From a virus (Duplodnaviria; Heunggongvirae; Uroviricota; Caudoviricetes; Herelleviridae): a DNA stretch of 64,000 bases. Under the pieces are notes generated by a model. That model made no database searches and was not told where the DNA came from. It saw only the letters and a program-made list of their open reading frames with translations. Shown here one piece after another: positions 1 through 9,020 of the stretch; positions within the stretch are counted from its first letter, which is position 1, and the number at the start of each line of letters is the position of its first letter. Location of the stretch: the IMG/VR virus record IMGVR_UViG_2974542590_000001, positions 27,054 to 91,053 of that record. One strand, 5' to 3'. The position numbers were made by a program, and so were the translations under genes.

Positions 1-292
1 ATTTAGCCTGTGCTAGTTTGTATTCCTTCTCTACACGTGCTTTCTCAGAAGCTTTTAACTCATCAATTTCAGCTTTCTTACGAGCAATGTAGTCTTCCTT
101 GTATTTCTTCTTGTAGTCTTCTAACGGGTTATCATAACCACCCATATCAGTTAATTCATAAGCAAGGTCTGACAAACGTTTAGAGCTTTCAATTTTCTGT
201 GCTACGATTAAGTAGTACCCAATCAATGTATCACGGTTATTCTCAAAATAAGCAAACCCTTTTGTGTTCATTAAGAAACGAATATCAAATTG
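1..292 (-). CDS. DNA polymerase (family A, SPO1/K type), exon 2, continues beyond window
   Basis: Open frame from 292 reading QFDIRFLMNTKGFAYFENNRDTLIGYY...LSDLAYELTDMGGYD with no start of its own; joins exon 1 to restore the exonuclease motif GHNI-QFD. Confidence 0.92.
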
Positions 293-373
293 CACTGTAC
301 CCTTTAGTTTCCTAAAGGAGTGGACTATACCTTAGTACACCTGTGGTAATTCAGTAGGTTTGCTTGCAGGTAC

Positions 374-850
374 CTACTCAGATGTACTTCCCTCATTTAA
401 GTGGTGTCTATTTTCATGACAATTTTTACAAATCCAATCTACATCTAAGGGCTTGTTGTAATCTTTATGGTGTGCCTCTAACTGAGTGCTTCTACCACAA
501 TCCATACAGGTTTCTGGCTTAATTAGCTTACCATCTCTAATTGCATGGTTAACTACTGCTCGTGCTTTCTGCTTAAGTTTACCGTGTTCTGATTCTCGAT
601 AACGTCTTGAAGCTTCTAGTCGAGCTTTGCGCCCTTCCTCTGTTTTACTGTACTCTCTTTGTAGTTGTCTAATTTTTTCCTTATCTTTTTGGTAACGTGC
701 TCTGTCATAACCAGTAGTATCTCTATATTTCTTATTTTGAGCTAGAGTACACACTTTGCACTTACCATTGATATAGGTTTTGCCATATTTTTTATATGTG
801 TAGTATTGGTCTAAATCCTTTTCTTTTCCACATACTTTACATTTCTTCAT
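374..850 (-). CDS. Intron-encoded HNH-type endonuclease 2 (in P8 loop)
   Basis: N-terminal CKVC...CKVC zinc finger; C-terminal CMDC...AHHKDY...WICKNCHENRH; lies between R and S elements. Confidence 0.8.
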   Translation of the reverse strand: MKKCKVCGKEKDLDQYYTYKKYGKTYINGKCKVCTLAQNKKYRDTTGYDRARYQKDKEKIRQLQREYSKTEEGRKARLEASRRYRESEHGKLKQKARAVVNHAIRDGKLIKPETCMDCGRSTQLEAHHKDYNKPLDVDWICKNCHENRHHLNEGSTSE

Positions 851-969
851 AGTATCACAACCTTTCTGTCATGATACACCACTTCTCACCTTGTCCTGCA
901 AGGACTCGGCTCAGTCTCTACACCCCATCTAACGTCACCGTTAATGTAGGCTCGGTATTGGCATATTTC

Positions 970-1467
970 CTAGTTATACTTCTTGGATAGAGTGTCATAC
1001 ACTGACTTAATATACTCGAAAAATTCCTTTTCATCTCTGCTGTTCTTTGTAGAATTACATCGCTCACAGCAGAAAAGGATATTGTCAACTGTATGTGTTC
1101 CTCCGTTTACCAAAGATATAATGTGGTCAATTTTAGCATGTAGATGAGATTCAAAAGGTTTTGCACAGTAAGAACATTGTTTTGTATCTTCATATAGCTT
1201 ATATAGCTCTTCACCTGTTAACTTATCCTCAATACCGTAAACATTCTTTGCTCGGTAGTTGGATACTTGAGCTCGTTTCTTCCAGTAAGGTAGCTTACCT
1301 TCCTGCTGCATACGAGCTCTATAAGCTTTATGTCGTTCCTGTACTTTACTTTTGTCTTTCTTCTTATAGGTACAGCTCCCACAAGAAGCTCTACGTCTAC
1401 CTCTATCTAAATTGAATGCTGTAATAGCTAGCTCTTTTCCACATGTTTTACAAATCTTTGTTTCCAT
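970..1467 (-). CDS. Intron-encoded HNH endonuclease 1 (in P5a loop)
   Basis: CKTC...CGSC finger; CSYC...IDHIISLVNGGTHTVDNILFCCERCNSTK HNH motif; ATG at 1467 is 8 nt after AGGAG. Confidence 0.88.
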   Translation of the reverse strand: METKICKTCGKELAITAFNLDRGRRRASCGSCTYKKKDKSKVQERHKAYRARMQQEGKLPYWKKRAQVSNYRAKNVYGIEDKLTGEELYKLYEDTKQCSYCAKPFESHLHAKIDHIISLVNGGTHTVDNILFCCERCNSTKNSRDEKEFFEYIKSVYDTLSKKYN

Positions 1468-1586
1468 TATATTCACTCCTATACGGTATTTACTTTTAAT
1501 ATAGCAGATACCGTATAAAAAAGTATAAATCTAGGAAACTTAGCGTTCACCGATATGAGAGGGATTTTACAACACCCATGTTGTTA

Positions 1587-2426
1587 AATGTTGTGTCCTA
1601 CCTTTGGTTGCTGTGCATCAGCTACAAAAGCTTGTAAATGATTGTATACAATAGCTAACTCTTCTTCATTCCAAGGGGATTCATGATGTTCTAGTGGAAT
1701 CGTAACACCTTGTCCCTCTTCCCAACTAAGAGACATAACTAGTGGTTTCGCACCCAGTACATCTCCACGTAGACTGTTTGTTTCCAAGTCCCATGCAGTA
1801 AGAGGTTTAAACCGAGACAAGAACTCAAAGATTTGTTTCACTCGTTCAATTGTCATAACAAGCTCATATTCGACTTTCTTTGGCTCGAATGCTTGTGCAC
1901 CCTCTGCAATAAAACGAGATAAAGTAGAAATGTCTGCTTTTACCAAGTTCTCAATATTAGGATTCATTGACAGGTATTCCATACTAAACATTGGTAGAAT
2001 CCATGTATCAAAAAACTCTCCTGTTTCTTCATCAGTGATTGTTTTTTGTACAGGAACACCACGTGCTTTCGTAATAGAAGTACTATTCAATAAGTTCTTA
2101 CATCCCATTCCTCCCATAGGAATAATGATGTCTGGTTTTGTTTTCATTAATCGTTTTAATAGACGTTTTTCAGGTTCTTTCCGGAGTTTTAATACAGGCT
2201 CCTTGTATTTAATAACTTTACCTGTTTTAGTATTTACCTTCTGTGGTTCAGGAATTAGGTCATAGTCGTAGTCAATCATGTAATCACGACCTGTTAGACC
2301 TATGTCGTTAAGTAAACTTGTAAGCTTTTTACCCATGTCAGTACGTTTATAGTCTACATATTGTCCATTCTGACTGTTATGTACATGGGTCTCTCTGATA
2401 TAATCTTGTAAGAACAGTATTTTCAA
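1587..2426 (-). CDS. DNA polymerase exon 1 (uracil-DNA-glycosylase-like N domain plus start of 3'-5' exonuclease)
   Basis: KPDIIIPMG...ITKARG UDG4-like segment, AWDLETNSL (ExoI), ends KVGHNI at intron. Confidence 0.92.
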
Positions 2427-2459
2427 GCTCTCTTCCCCCTTCTGTAATTCTACTATTTC

Positions 2460-2487
2460 AGTATAGCATTTTTGTAAGGTATGTCAA
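2460..2487 (-). promoter_or_regulatory. sigmaA-like promoter of DNA polymerase
   Basis: TTGACA-16 nt-TATACT with TG extended -10. Confidence 0.75.
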
Positions 2488-2491
2488 GGAC

Positions 2492-2520
2492 AAAAAAAAG
2501 AGAATGACTAATCATTCTCT
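2492..2520 (-). terminator. Intrinsic terminator
   Basis: AGAGAATGA-TTAG-TCATTCTCT followed by T run. Confidence 0.85.
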
Positions 2521-2819
2521 TCGTTGTAAGTATCTATAGCTTCTTTTAACCTAGAAAGTGGCACAAACTTAACTACATATTTTTCTGGTTGAATAAACGT
2601 CTTCTTAGAAATGCCATCCCATGCGACTTTCTCAGGTTTTTTCTTAATATTCAATTTCCATAATTTATGGTTTTTAATTGATATTCCTTGTGAGATTGCT
2701 TGTGTGATAACCTCATCTTCCATTTGTAAGATAGCTAACACGTCTTTCATACGATAACCTGTATATTGAGAGATGGCACGTGCAACATCAGTCCGGTTCA
2801 TTGTTTTATCTTTACTCAT
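2508..2819 (-). CDS. HU/IHF-like DNA-binding protein
   Basis: MNRTDVARAISQYTG...KKPEKVAWDGISKKTFIQPEKYVVKFVP fits HU fold; start MSKDK follows AAGGAG. Confidence 0.8.
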   Translation of the reverse strand: MSKDKTMNRTDVARAISQYTGYRMKDVLAILQMEDEVITQAISQGISIKNHKLWKLNIKKKPEKVAWDGISKKTFIQPEKYVVKFVPLSRLKEAIDTYNEEND

Positions 2820-3606
2820 CGGACTTCTCCTTTCGTTGGAGAGCACGTTCTCTATTGACGTTTCTTTTATTTTTTTCTTTTTGTACATAGTAATCGACAT
2901 TGGCAAAATCCTCATCACTATCACAAACAATCCAAATGTTCATAGCCCAGATGGATAGTGAGGTCTGGACATATTTAAAGAATTGATATTTATATTTTGC
3001 TTTAACCTCATAATGGTCTCCAACTTTATGATAATAACGTCTATGTCTATCAGATATTTCTGATTCTGACAGCCACGGAAATGAAATTTGTACTTTGTCT
3101 ACACTTGTTTTTAAGGGGTGTAAAGCAAACAAAACGTCATAAGGACTAACATCTGGAATAACTACTGGACAATCAATGGTTACAGGACAAGCCGTAAATG
3201 CTAGCTGAATATTTTCAATCTCTCTATTTTCATATTTAGGTTTTGTTGGATAAATTACTTCACTTGTTAGATTTTTAGCAATCTGTTCAATAACATAGTA
3301 AGGTACAATTGTATCTGTATAGTAAGAAACAGACCCTGCATGTTTAAATAATTTCTGTATCAATGTATCATTTGTATATTTTTCTTGGTATAGGAGATAG
3401 GATTTTTCATTCTTCATGTTCATTGTCCACACTGGTGTGACAACCGATACTTCACTTAGTTCATCCATCTCTTTCTCAATTTCTTTTTCATTTAACCGAT
3501 TCACTTTAATTTTATTTGCAATGTCTTCACGTTTCATTAAGTTTATATTAAAGTGTCGGTCGGTATTATAGATATTTAACCGCTTTACTCGAGGTGTGCT
3601 ACTCAT
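2812..3606 (-). CDS. Hypothetical protein (264 aa)
   Basis: Long ORF with AAGGAG RBS, upstream of HU-like gene. Confidence 0.75.
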   Translation of the reverse strand: MSSTPRVKRLNIYNTDRHFNINLMKREDIANKIKVNRLNEKEIEKEMDELSEVSVVTPVWTMNMKNEKSYLLYQEKYTNDTLIQKLFKHAGSVSYYTDTIVPYYVIEQIAKNLTSEVIYPTKPKYENREIENIQLAFTACPVTIDCPVVIPDVSPYDVLFALHPLKTSVDKVQISFPWLSESEISDRHRRYYHKVGDHYEVKAKYKYQFFKYVQTSLSIWAMNIWIVCDSDEDFANVDYYVQKEKNKRNVNRERALQRKEKSDE

Positions 3607-3711
3607 AATTAAACTCCTTTTGCTATTTAGTTTTCCTATCTCTATTATAACATAACTGACAGGAACGCCTTACAAGCAAAAGGAGTAAAACTCTGTACTA
3701 CCTAGTAGTAA

Positions 3712-4134
3712 CTATGCAATTTTAAGAGCCTTAAGGTCACGCTCAACAAGTTTTAATATTCGGAACACAGGAGTGCCTTCTGTATCGTCCAACATGTACA
3801 TAATGGATTTAAAGAATGGTTGCTGTTCTTCACGATAGCCTTTTGCAGTATCTTGGATGAAAGCTTCCATATCAAAAGTAGGAATAGAGCACGTAATTTT
3901 ACTTACAAACGCAGTAATGTCTTTTTGGCTTCGATTCAAGTACCAATGACCTTTATTTAAATCTTCTTCCTCTTTTCCTTTGTACGGTGCACGACAAACA
4001 TATTTAATCACGTTACCTAATGAGTAACGAATTGATGGGGGATACTTAGAAGTTAGATATTCAATAACGTCAATTACTTCTGTACCTCCCTGTGTATAGT
4101 GTTTTGGATGATTTACATTGCTTGATTCAATCAT
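3712..4134 (-). CDS. DUF3310 (SaV-like) domain protein
   Basis: NVNHPKHYTQGGTEVIDVI...GNVIKYVCRAPYKG..EDLNKGHWYL signature. Confidence 0.85.
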   Translation of the reverse strand: MIESSNVNHPKHYTQGGTEVIDVIEYLTSKYPPSIRYSLGNVIKYVCRAPYKGKEEEDLNKGHWYLNRSQKDITAFVSKITCSIPTFDMEAFIQDTAKGYREEQQPFFKSIMYMLDDTEGTPVFRILKLVERDLKALKIA

Positions 4135-4340
4135 TTAGATGCTCCTCTCATTTTTTCCAAATTGGAAATAACCACTTCTTGCAGGTCAGGCTCTACCGCA
4201 TCCCAACCCTCGTTATTGGCTGTTAAAAGCAATCCTGCGGGTAGATATTCGAGAACAACGTCTATCATCGCAGGAGTGACTTCTAATTGGTCAATCGTTA
4301 ATCGGTTCAGTATCTTCTGAATGACTTGGTTGATTGTCAT
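4131..4340 (-). CDS. Hypothetical protein
   Basis: ORF in operon, ATGA overlap with downstream gene; start uncertain. Confidence 0.55.
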   Translation of the reverse strand: MTINQVIQKILNRLTIDQLEVTPAMIDVVLEYLPAGLLLTANNEGWDAVEPDLQEVVISNLEKMRGASK

Positions 4341-4656
4341 TAGATGCCTCAATTGCTTCTTTTAAGTCTGTAGATGCTTTTTTAAAGAACTCTGATACTT
4401 CTTTACTCAATTCATCTACGTTTACGTCAGCTTCGTTTTCCGGTAGTGAAAAGTCCTCAATGATATACGCTGTTTCTAAGCTATATAAACGAGGCTTAAT
4501 TTCAGAAGTGAGCGTATCAATTACATACCGTTCTTCTTGACCTGTCCAATCCTCTACAAAATCAATAGAGATACTGGATACTTGTTCTTTTAAATCAGGA
4601 ACACGTAAGTAAGAATAGTAAGTTTTAATAGCTTCTGGAAAGTTTTTTTCTGTCAT
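4291..4656 (-). CDS. Hypothetical acidic protein
   Basis: ORF with AAGGAG RBS, coupled to resolvase stop. Confidence 0.7.
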   Translation of the reverse strand: MTEKNFPEAIKTYYSYLRVPDLKEQVSSISIDFVEDWTGQEERYVIDTLTSEIKPRLYSLETAYIIEDFSLPENEADVNVDELSKEVSEFFKKASTDLKEAIEASNDNQPSHSEDTEPIND

Positions 4657-5334
4657 TATTTTTCTCCTTCTAAATAGGAATTAACAAGTAAGTCCAAAGA
4701 CTCTTCAACATCAAGTTGTTTTGCTTCTTCCATCTTTTTTGTTTCTCGGACAAGACCAGATTTTTGCCAATCATACTCTTTTGGGTTAAAATAATGGAGT
4801 AGATGTTCTTCCCCTTGGCTCTTACGAGGTTTAAAGCTTGTAATAGCTTCTAACACAGTAGTAAATGTTTTATAACAATGGGTATCTTTATACCCGTCTA
4901 CATACTCTACATTAGAGACCATAAGAGGATAACCACGGTCTTCGATTTCTTTGATGAGGTCTTCGTTGTAAGCCATCATCACAAAAGTTTTAGCACGATT
5001 ACGGGTAAAGATAAGCATAGGAATCTTACCAGATTCTTTAGCATCACCAACAACCTGTGCCCACCAATTTTTTATTTCTTTATTATTGAGGAATAAGTTC
5101 TCTATAGTCCATTCTTCACGGTTTTTACATTCAACAACAAAAGGAAATCCTGCCTCTATAGGAGCTACAATATCTCCAACAACATTGTTACTCCCTTTCC
5201 AATGTAAGCCACCAGAAGCGGGGTGAGCGATGGAAATCATGCCCCCACCATTTTGATAGCTCTTTTGCTGTGGCTAGTTCAAACCGGTTTCCTTTATTTT
5301 TACTACGTCTTCCAACTGCACTGTAATCTGTCAT
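4656..5334 (-). CDS. Holliday junction resolvase, split by a +1 frameshift at 5220-5223
   Basis: Frame from ATG 5334: MTDYSAVGRRSKNKGNRFELATAKELSKWWGHDFHRSP; +1 frame: ASGGLHW...GDIVAP...VVECKNRE; junction TCA CCCC GCT. Confidence 0.85.
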
Positions 5335-6308
5335 CGCTTTTTCACCGACCTTTCAATTTTAGATAAAAATTCAGATGTTTTTTCCTGTATTTTATATTCG
5401 TTAGTCCCATATTTAATTCGTAATAAAGGGATACCGTGTTTATCGCAATAGTTTGTCTTAATATTGTCCAAACGTTTACGCTCAAGCAATCGCTTTTCTC
5501 CCCTGAAGTAGCCTCCAGTATCTTTATAATGTTGTCTGCCATCATATTCAATAACTCCAACTACTTGGTCACTGTCATTTAATATAGCAAAATCAAATGG
5601 TAGTGGTTTTTTATTACGACAGTCATTAAATCTGTATTCTCGTTCATAGTTAACACTAGCCTCAGTTAAATATCGGTCAACCACTAACTCCCCAAAAGAC
5701 TTTATCTCACAGAAGTCACAACATACTACTTTCGTTCTAAGTATCAATTTTGGGATTCGTTTAAAAGTTCGTCCACAGCTAAGATGCTTTATTTCAACAG
5801 GTGTATTTTGGTTCACATAAGAAGTTATTAATTCGTAATCAGTGAACATCTTTGAGAATTGCTCCTTAAAGCGCTCTGCGGGCTTTCTTGTCTTTATTGA
5901 ACGTTTGACTATAGCGCATGCGGGACATCTACGCTCTGCATGTATGAACTTATATGGGGTCACTGAGTACTCGTATCCACAGACATTGTGTCTACAACGA
6001 AGTTTAGTATCGGTTCCTTGATAATCCTCTAAAAACGTGTACTCAGTGCCTACCCTTTCAGCTACTTCTGTATCAAATTCTTGTTGAGTCTTTTGCCTCG
6101 TGAAACGCACCCGCTTCTTAGTACATAGAGGACAACGAGTGCCACTATTTAAAAAATGCCGAGTGTTAACCTTCCACTCGTGTCCACAGGGGTTATGCCT
6201 ACAGAGCAGTTTACAGGTTTTGCTATAACTTATAAATGGTTCCAAAAATGTGTATTCATCCCCTACAAGAGAAAATACTTTCTCTTCGAAAGAGTTTGAA
6301 TCAGTCAT
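5331..6308 (-). CDS. Putative free-standing homing endonuclease (zinc-ribbon repeats plus PD-(D/E)XK/Vsr-like domain)
   Basis: Three H-x-x-CG...CxxC repeats; C-terminal LPFDFAIL...IEYDGRQHY...KTNYCDKHGIPLLRI. Confidence 0.75.
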   Translation of the reverse strand: MTDSNSFEEKVFSLVGDEYTFLEPFISYSKTCKLLCRHNPCGHEWKVNTRHFLNSGTRCPLCTKKRVRFTRQKTQQEFDTEVAERVGTEYTFLEDYQGTDTKLRCRHNVCGYEYSVTPYKFIHAERRCPACAIVKRSIKTRKPAERFKEQFSKMFTDYELITSYVNQNTPVEIKHLSCGRTFKRIPKLILRTKVVCCDFCEIKSFGELVVDRYLTEASVNYEREYRFNDCRNKKPLPFDFAILNDSDQVVGVIEYDGRQHYKDTGGYFRGEKRLLERKRLDNIKTNYCDKHGIPLLRIKYGTNEYKIQEKTSEFLSKIERSVKKR

Positions 6309-6888
6309 TGCTATCACCTAAACCATGTAACAACATTTCCCTAAGACTATCTACTTTAAGAAAGCTACCCAGTTGTATGTTATACTTATTAAATAATTCT
6401 GTATACTGCTCTTCGTTATATAACTGTAAATCTTCTATTAGCTGTTTCATATTTTCGTATTCAAAGATACCAAAAGGTGTTAACCTTGTATCTAAAGCTA
6501 AAAGCTTAAAATTGGCATAAAGATAGTGCAATTCTTTAATAGCAGATAGAACTTTAAGTTCATCTTCTTTTTCTACAGGCAAACAGAGTCTAAAATCAGA
6601 TAAAGAAATACTTGTGTTCGTATAAACATCAGGTAAGGTTAAACTACATTTAGTACCATAAACTTGCAGACTATATTCACCAGAACTATTACCAACGTAA
6701 TATGGAGATTCACGCCTAACAAACAAATAACGATCAAATGGGTTTATATACATGCAAGCACCATCTACAATGTCTCTATTTAATAGTTCAGCAACCAGTA
6801 ATAATGTATCTCTAGTAGAATCAATATTTCCTTGATTGTTCACTATATTTGAATTAACTAATTCGTCTAAAATATCCATATTACTCAC
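6301..6888 (-). CDS. Hypothetical protein
   Basis: 195-aa ORF overlapping both neighbours. Confidence 0.7.
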   Translation of the reverse strand: MSNMDILDELVNSNIVNNQGNIDSTRDTLLLVAELLNRDIVDGACMYINPFDRYLFVRRESPYYVGNSSGEYSLQVYGTKCSLTLPDVYTNTSISLSDFRLCLPVEKEDELKVLSAIKELHYLYANFKLLALDTRLTPFGIFEYENMKQLIEDLQLYNEEQYTELFNKYNIQLGSFLKVDSLREMLLHGLGDSND

Positions 6889-7249
6889 CCTTTTGTAGTT
6901 TTTCAGCTAGCTCTTCTTGTAACTTTTTAATTTCTTCCTGTGCTTGTTTCAATTCAACTTCGTATTCAGCTTTTGCTTCATTACGCATTTCATCTGTTAC
7001 GCCCAATTTATTAAATAATTTTTCGTTAACAGAATTTTGTTCGATTAAAGCAGTAATGTAACCATCATTACGTCTTGACATGAAATCTACGATAGTAGCT
7101 ACGTCCCCTAAGCTAATATCACGTTTACTTAAACGTTCTAATTGTTTTGCATGGTTTTTATCATGAACATGTCCTGTAGCTAAATACTCTGTCCATGTTC
7201 TCATATCTTCCTCAGAAATAAATCCTACACGTTTTGCTTTTTTACTCAT
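6881..7249 (-). CDS. Hypothetical coiled-coil protein
   Basis: Start MSKKAK after GGAGG. Confidence 0.7.
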   Translation of the reverse strand: MSKKAKRVGFISEEDMRTWTEYLATGHVHDKNHAKQLERLSKRDISLGDVATIVDFMSRRNDGYITALIEQNSVNEKLFNKLGVTDEMRNEAKAEYEVELKQAQEEIKKLQEELAEKLQKGE

Positions 7250-7553
7250 TAATGTCGTCCTCCATAAGTTCATTTATATTATTAAACTCAGCAAGAATAG
7301 CTTTTTCAGTATCTTCTGAGATAACTTTTTGTTCTCTTAATGTTTTTAGTACAAGACCAAACTTGGCTTCCTGTGCTTGAAATGCTTCTTCAATAGCAAG
7401 TGTAGTAATCTGTGCTACAGTAGCTAAAGCATCCTCAAACTCAGCATAGGTAACTAGTTTTGAACCATCGCTTTTAATAAGCTTTTCTACCTCAATAGTT
7501 TCACCTTTTGCATAATGTTCTTGCATTTTATTGAAATACTCAGCAAATTCCAT
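7242..7553 (-). CDS. Hypothetical protein
   Basis: Start MEFAEY after GGAGG. Confidence 0.7.
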   Translation of the reverse strand: MEFAEYFNKMQEHYAKGETIEVEKLIKSDGSKLVTYAEFEDALATVAQITTLAIEEAFQAQEAKFGLVLKTLREQKVISEDTEKAILAEFNNINELMEDDINE

Positions 7554-7851
7554 TCTTATACGCCTCCAACAGATGTTCCGCATCTGACAGTATTTCAATT
7601 TCTCTCCAATCGAACGTATTTGCCCATAGGTCTGTACGACCACCGGTAATCAGGTTTAAAACCTCAATTCGTTCTGACCAGATACGTTCAATAACCCCGA
7701 CAGCTTCGGAATAAACGTCTACTACTTCTGCACCTACTTGCTTAGGACTGTTAACTCTAAAGCCAATAACCTGTCCTACTTTAAGTACGTCAGTGTTTAC
7801 AAGAGTAACTGTATGAGTTTCTGTAAGTTTTACACTTGGTGATTCTTTCAT
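7540..7851 (-). CDS. Hypothetical protein
   Basis: 103-aa ORF with AGGAG RBS. Confidence 0.65.
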   Translation of the reverse strand: MKESPSVKLTETHTVTLVNTDVLKVGQVIGFRVNSPKQVGAEVVDVYSEAVGVIERIWSERIEVLNLITGGRTDLWANTFDWREIEILSDAEHLLEAYKNGIC

Positions 7852-7854
7852 TGT

Positions 7855-8091
7855 CTACTCTCCTAGTATAACACGAAATGAACATTTATCTGCACTAAGT
7901 CGTGTAAAATTTTCAATTTTGTCTTCTTTGTATGTCAAAGTTATTAGTTGTTCTAACTTATCATCAGGGGTGTCTACATAAAAGTCTCGTAAGGTAACTG
8001 TTACATCACAGCCACACTCACGAGTACCAATAGAAGCACTTCCTACAAGATAAAGAAGTGGCATCTTTAAATCCGGTATACGACTAGCCAT
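7855..8091 (-). CDS. Hypothetical protein
   Basis: 78-aa ORF, TAATG-coupled to dUTPase. Confidence 0.6.
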   Translation of the reverse strand: MASRIPDLKMPLLYLVGSASIGTRECGCDVTVTLRDFYVDTPDDKLEQLITLTYKEDKIENFTRLSADKCSFRVILGE

Positions 8092-9011
8092 TATTTAACA
8101 CCAGACGAACCATATGCACCTTCACCACGTTCTGTTTCGTCTAATTCGTCTACTTCAACAAAATTAGTAGCGTAACGTGGAAGCAAGAATGCTTGACATA
8201 AACGAGTACCCTTTGGAATAAAGATAGTTCCTGCAATTATTAAGTTTTCAAACTCGAATGCTTCTCTAAAAGTATCATATATGTTATGTCCGTAAACTAG
8301 CGATAAATCCGCTTCTAATAAACGAAGTTGATTAAGTGCTAGACTTTCAAACTCAGGATAAATCTGTTTAGCTTTTTTTACAGATATATTCGATAGTTCT
8401 CCGTTTTCATTAATTCGTAAGACAGCGGGACTGTAATTCACTCCGTCTTCTCCTGTTGATGTTTTATAGGTCTGTAAAGAAAAAGTATTCTTTAAAGGTA
8501 AACCTACATCCCCACGATACTCTCCTTCAACAACACCTTGTGTATTACCTAGAGTTAATGGGTATTTCATCATGCCACCACGTGGGTTGATAAACAGACC
8601 ATACAAATTAGGGTCAAAAGCTGTTCTAATTCCTGTAGTAACTACTGTTGCTCCCAGTCTTCCCGGTAAAATTACAGCATCCTTATCTGTAAACAAGTCG
8701 TGTGCTACATCAGCTTCTCGTCCTCGTTTTGGAGCAATGGCTCCCTCACTCTTAGTAAACTTAACTACTGGATTCAATTCATTAGTCTCCTTTATTTCTT
8801 TGATTTTATAAAACATGTGGTGAAACCCATAGTCCAATGTAGTTACACCATCTACTGTCCACATACGAACATAGGGTGGATTGTAGTCATTCTGTGTCCA
8901 CCAATCATAGATGGACTGAATAGCTTTATCTAATGTTCCAAATACACCATGCGTTTTGTCTACCCCTAATTGGTGATGTACCCAATGTACTTCATACTTA
9001 ATGTTACTCAT
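8091..9011 (-). CDS. dut: Trimeric dUTPase with N-terminal extra domain and large internal insertion
   Basis: Degenerate motifs I-V: AHDL, PRGG, GVVEGEYRGDV, GTRLCQ, ERGEGAYGSSG. Confidence 0.85.
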   Translation of the reverse strand: MSNIKYEVHWVHHQLGVDKTHGVFGTLDKAIQSIYDWWTQNDYNPPYVRMWTVDGVTTLDYGFHHMFYKIKEIKETNELNPVVKFTKSEGAIAPKRGREADVAHDLFTDKDAVILPGRLGATVVTTGIRTAFDPNLYGLFINPRGGMMKYPLTLGNTQGVVEGEYRGDVGLPLKNTFSLQTYKTSTGEDGVNYSPAVLRINENGELSNISVKKAKQIYPEFESLALNQLRLLEADLSLVYGHNIYDTFREAFEFENLIIAGTIFIPKGTRLCQAFLLPRYATNFVEVDELDETERGEGAYGSSGVK

Positions 9012-9020
9012 ACGTACCTC

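Larger units (their letters stand above)
293..1586 (-). mobile_element. Group I intron (1294 nt) in DNA polymerase gene
   Basis: Exon 1 ends in U (ACAACAUU pairs with intron GGUGUUGU, U.G at splice site); P UAUCGGUGAA / Q AAUACCGAG; R GUAGAGACUGA; S AAGGUAUAGUCC; P9 CCUUUAG-GAAA-CUAAAGG; terminal G at 293. Confidence 0.93.

Noticed and set aside
851..969. Possible twintron, or two introns separated by a mini-exon
   Set aside because: Only one P/Q/R/S set is visible; this block holds Q, P6 and R of the same intron, and direct joining of the exons restores the motif
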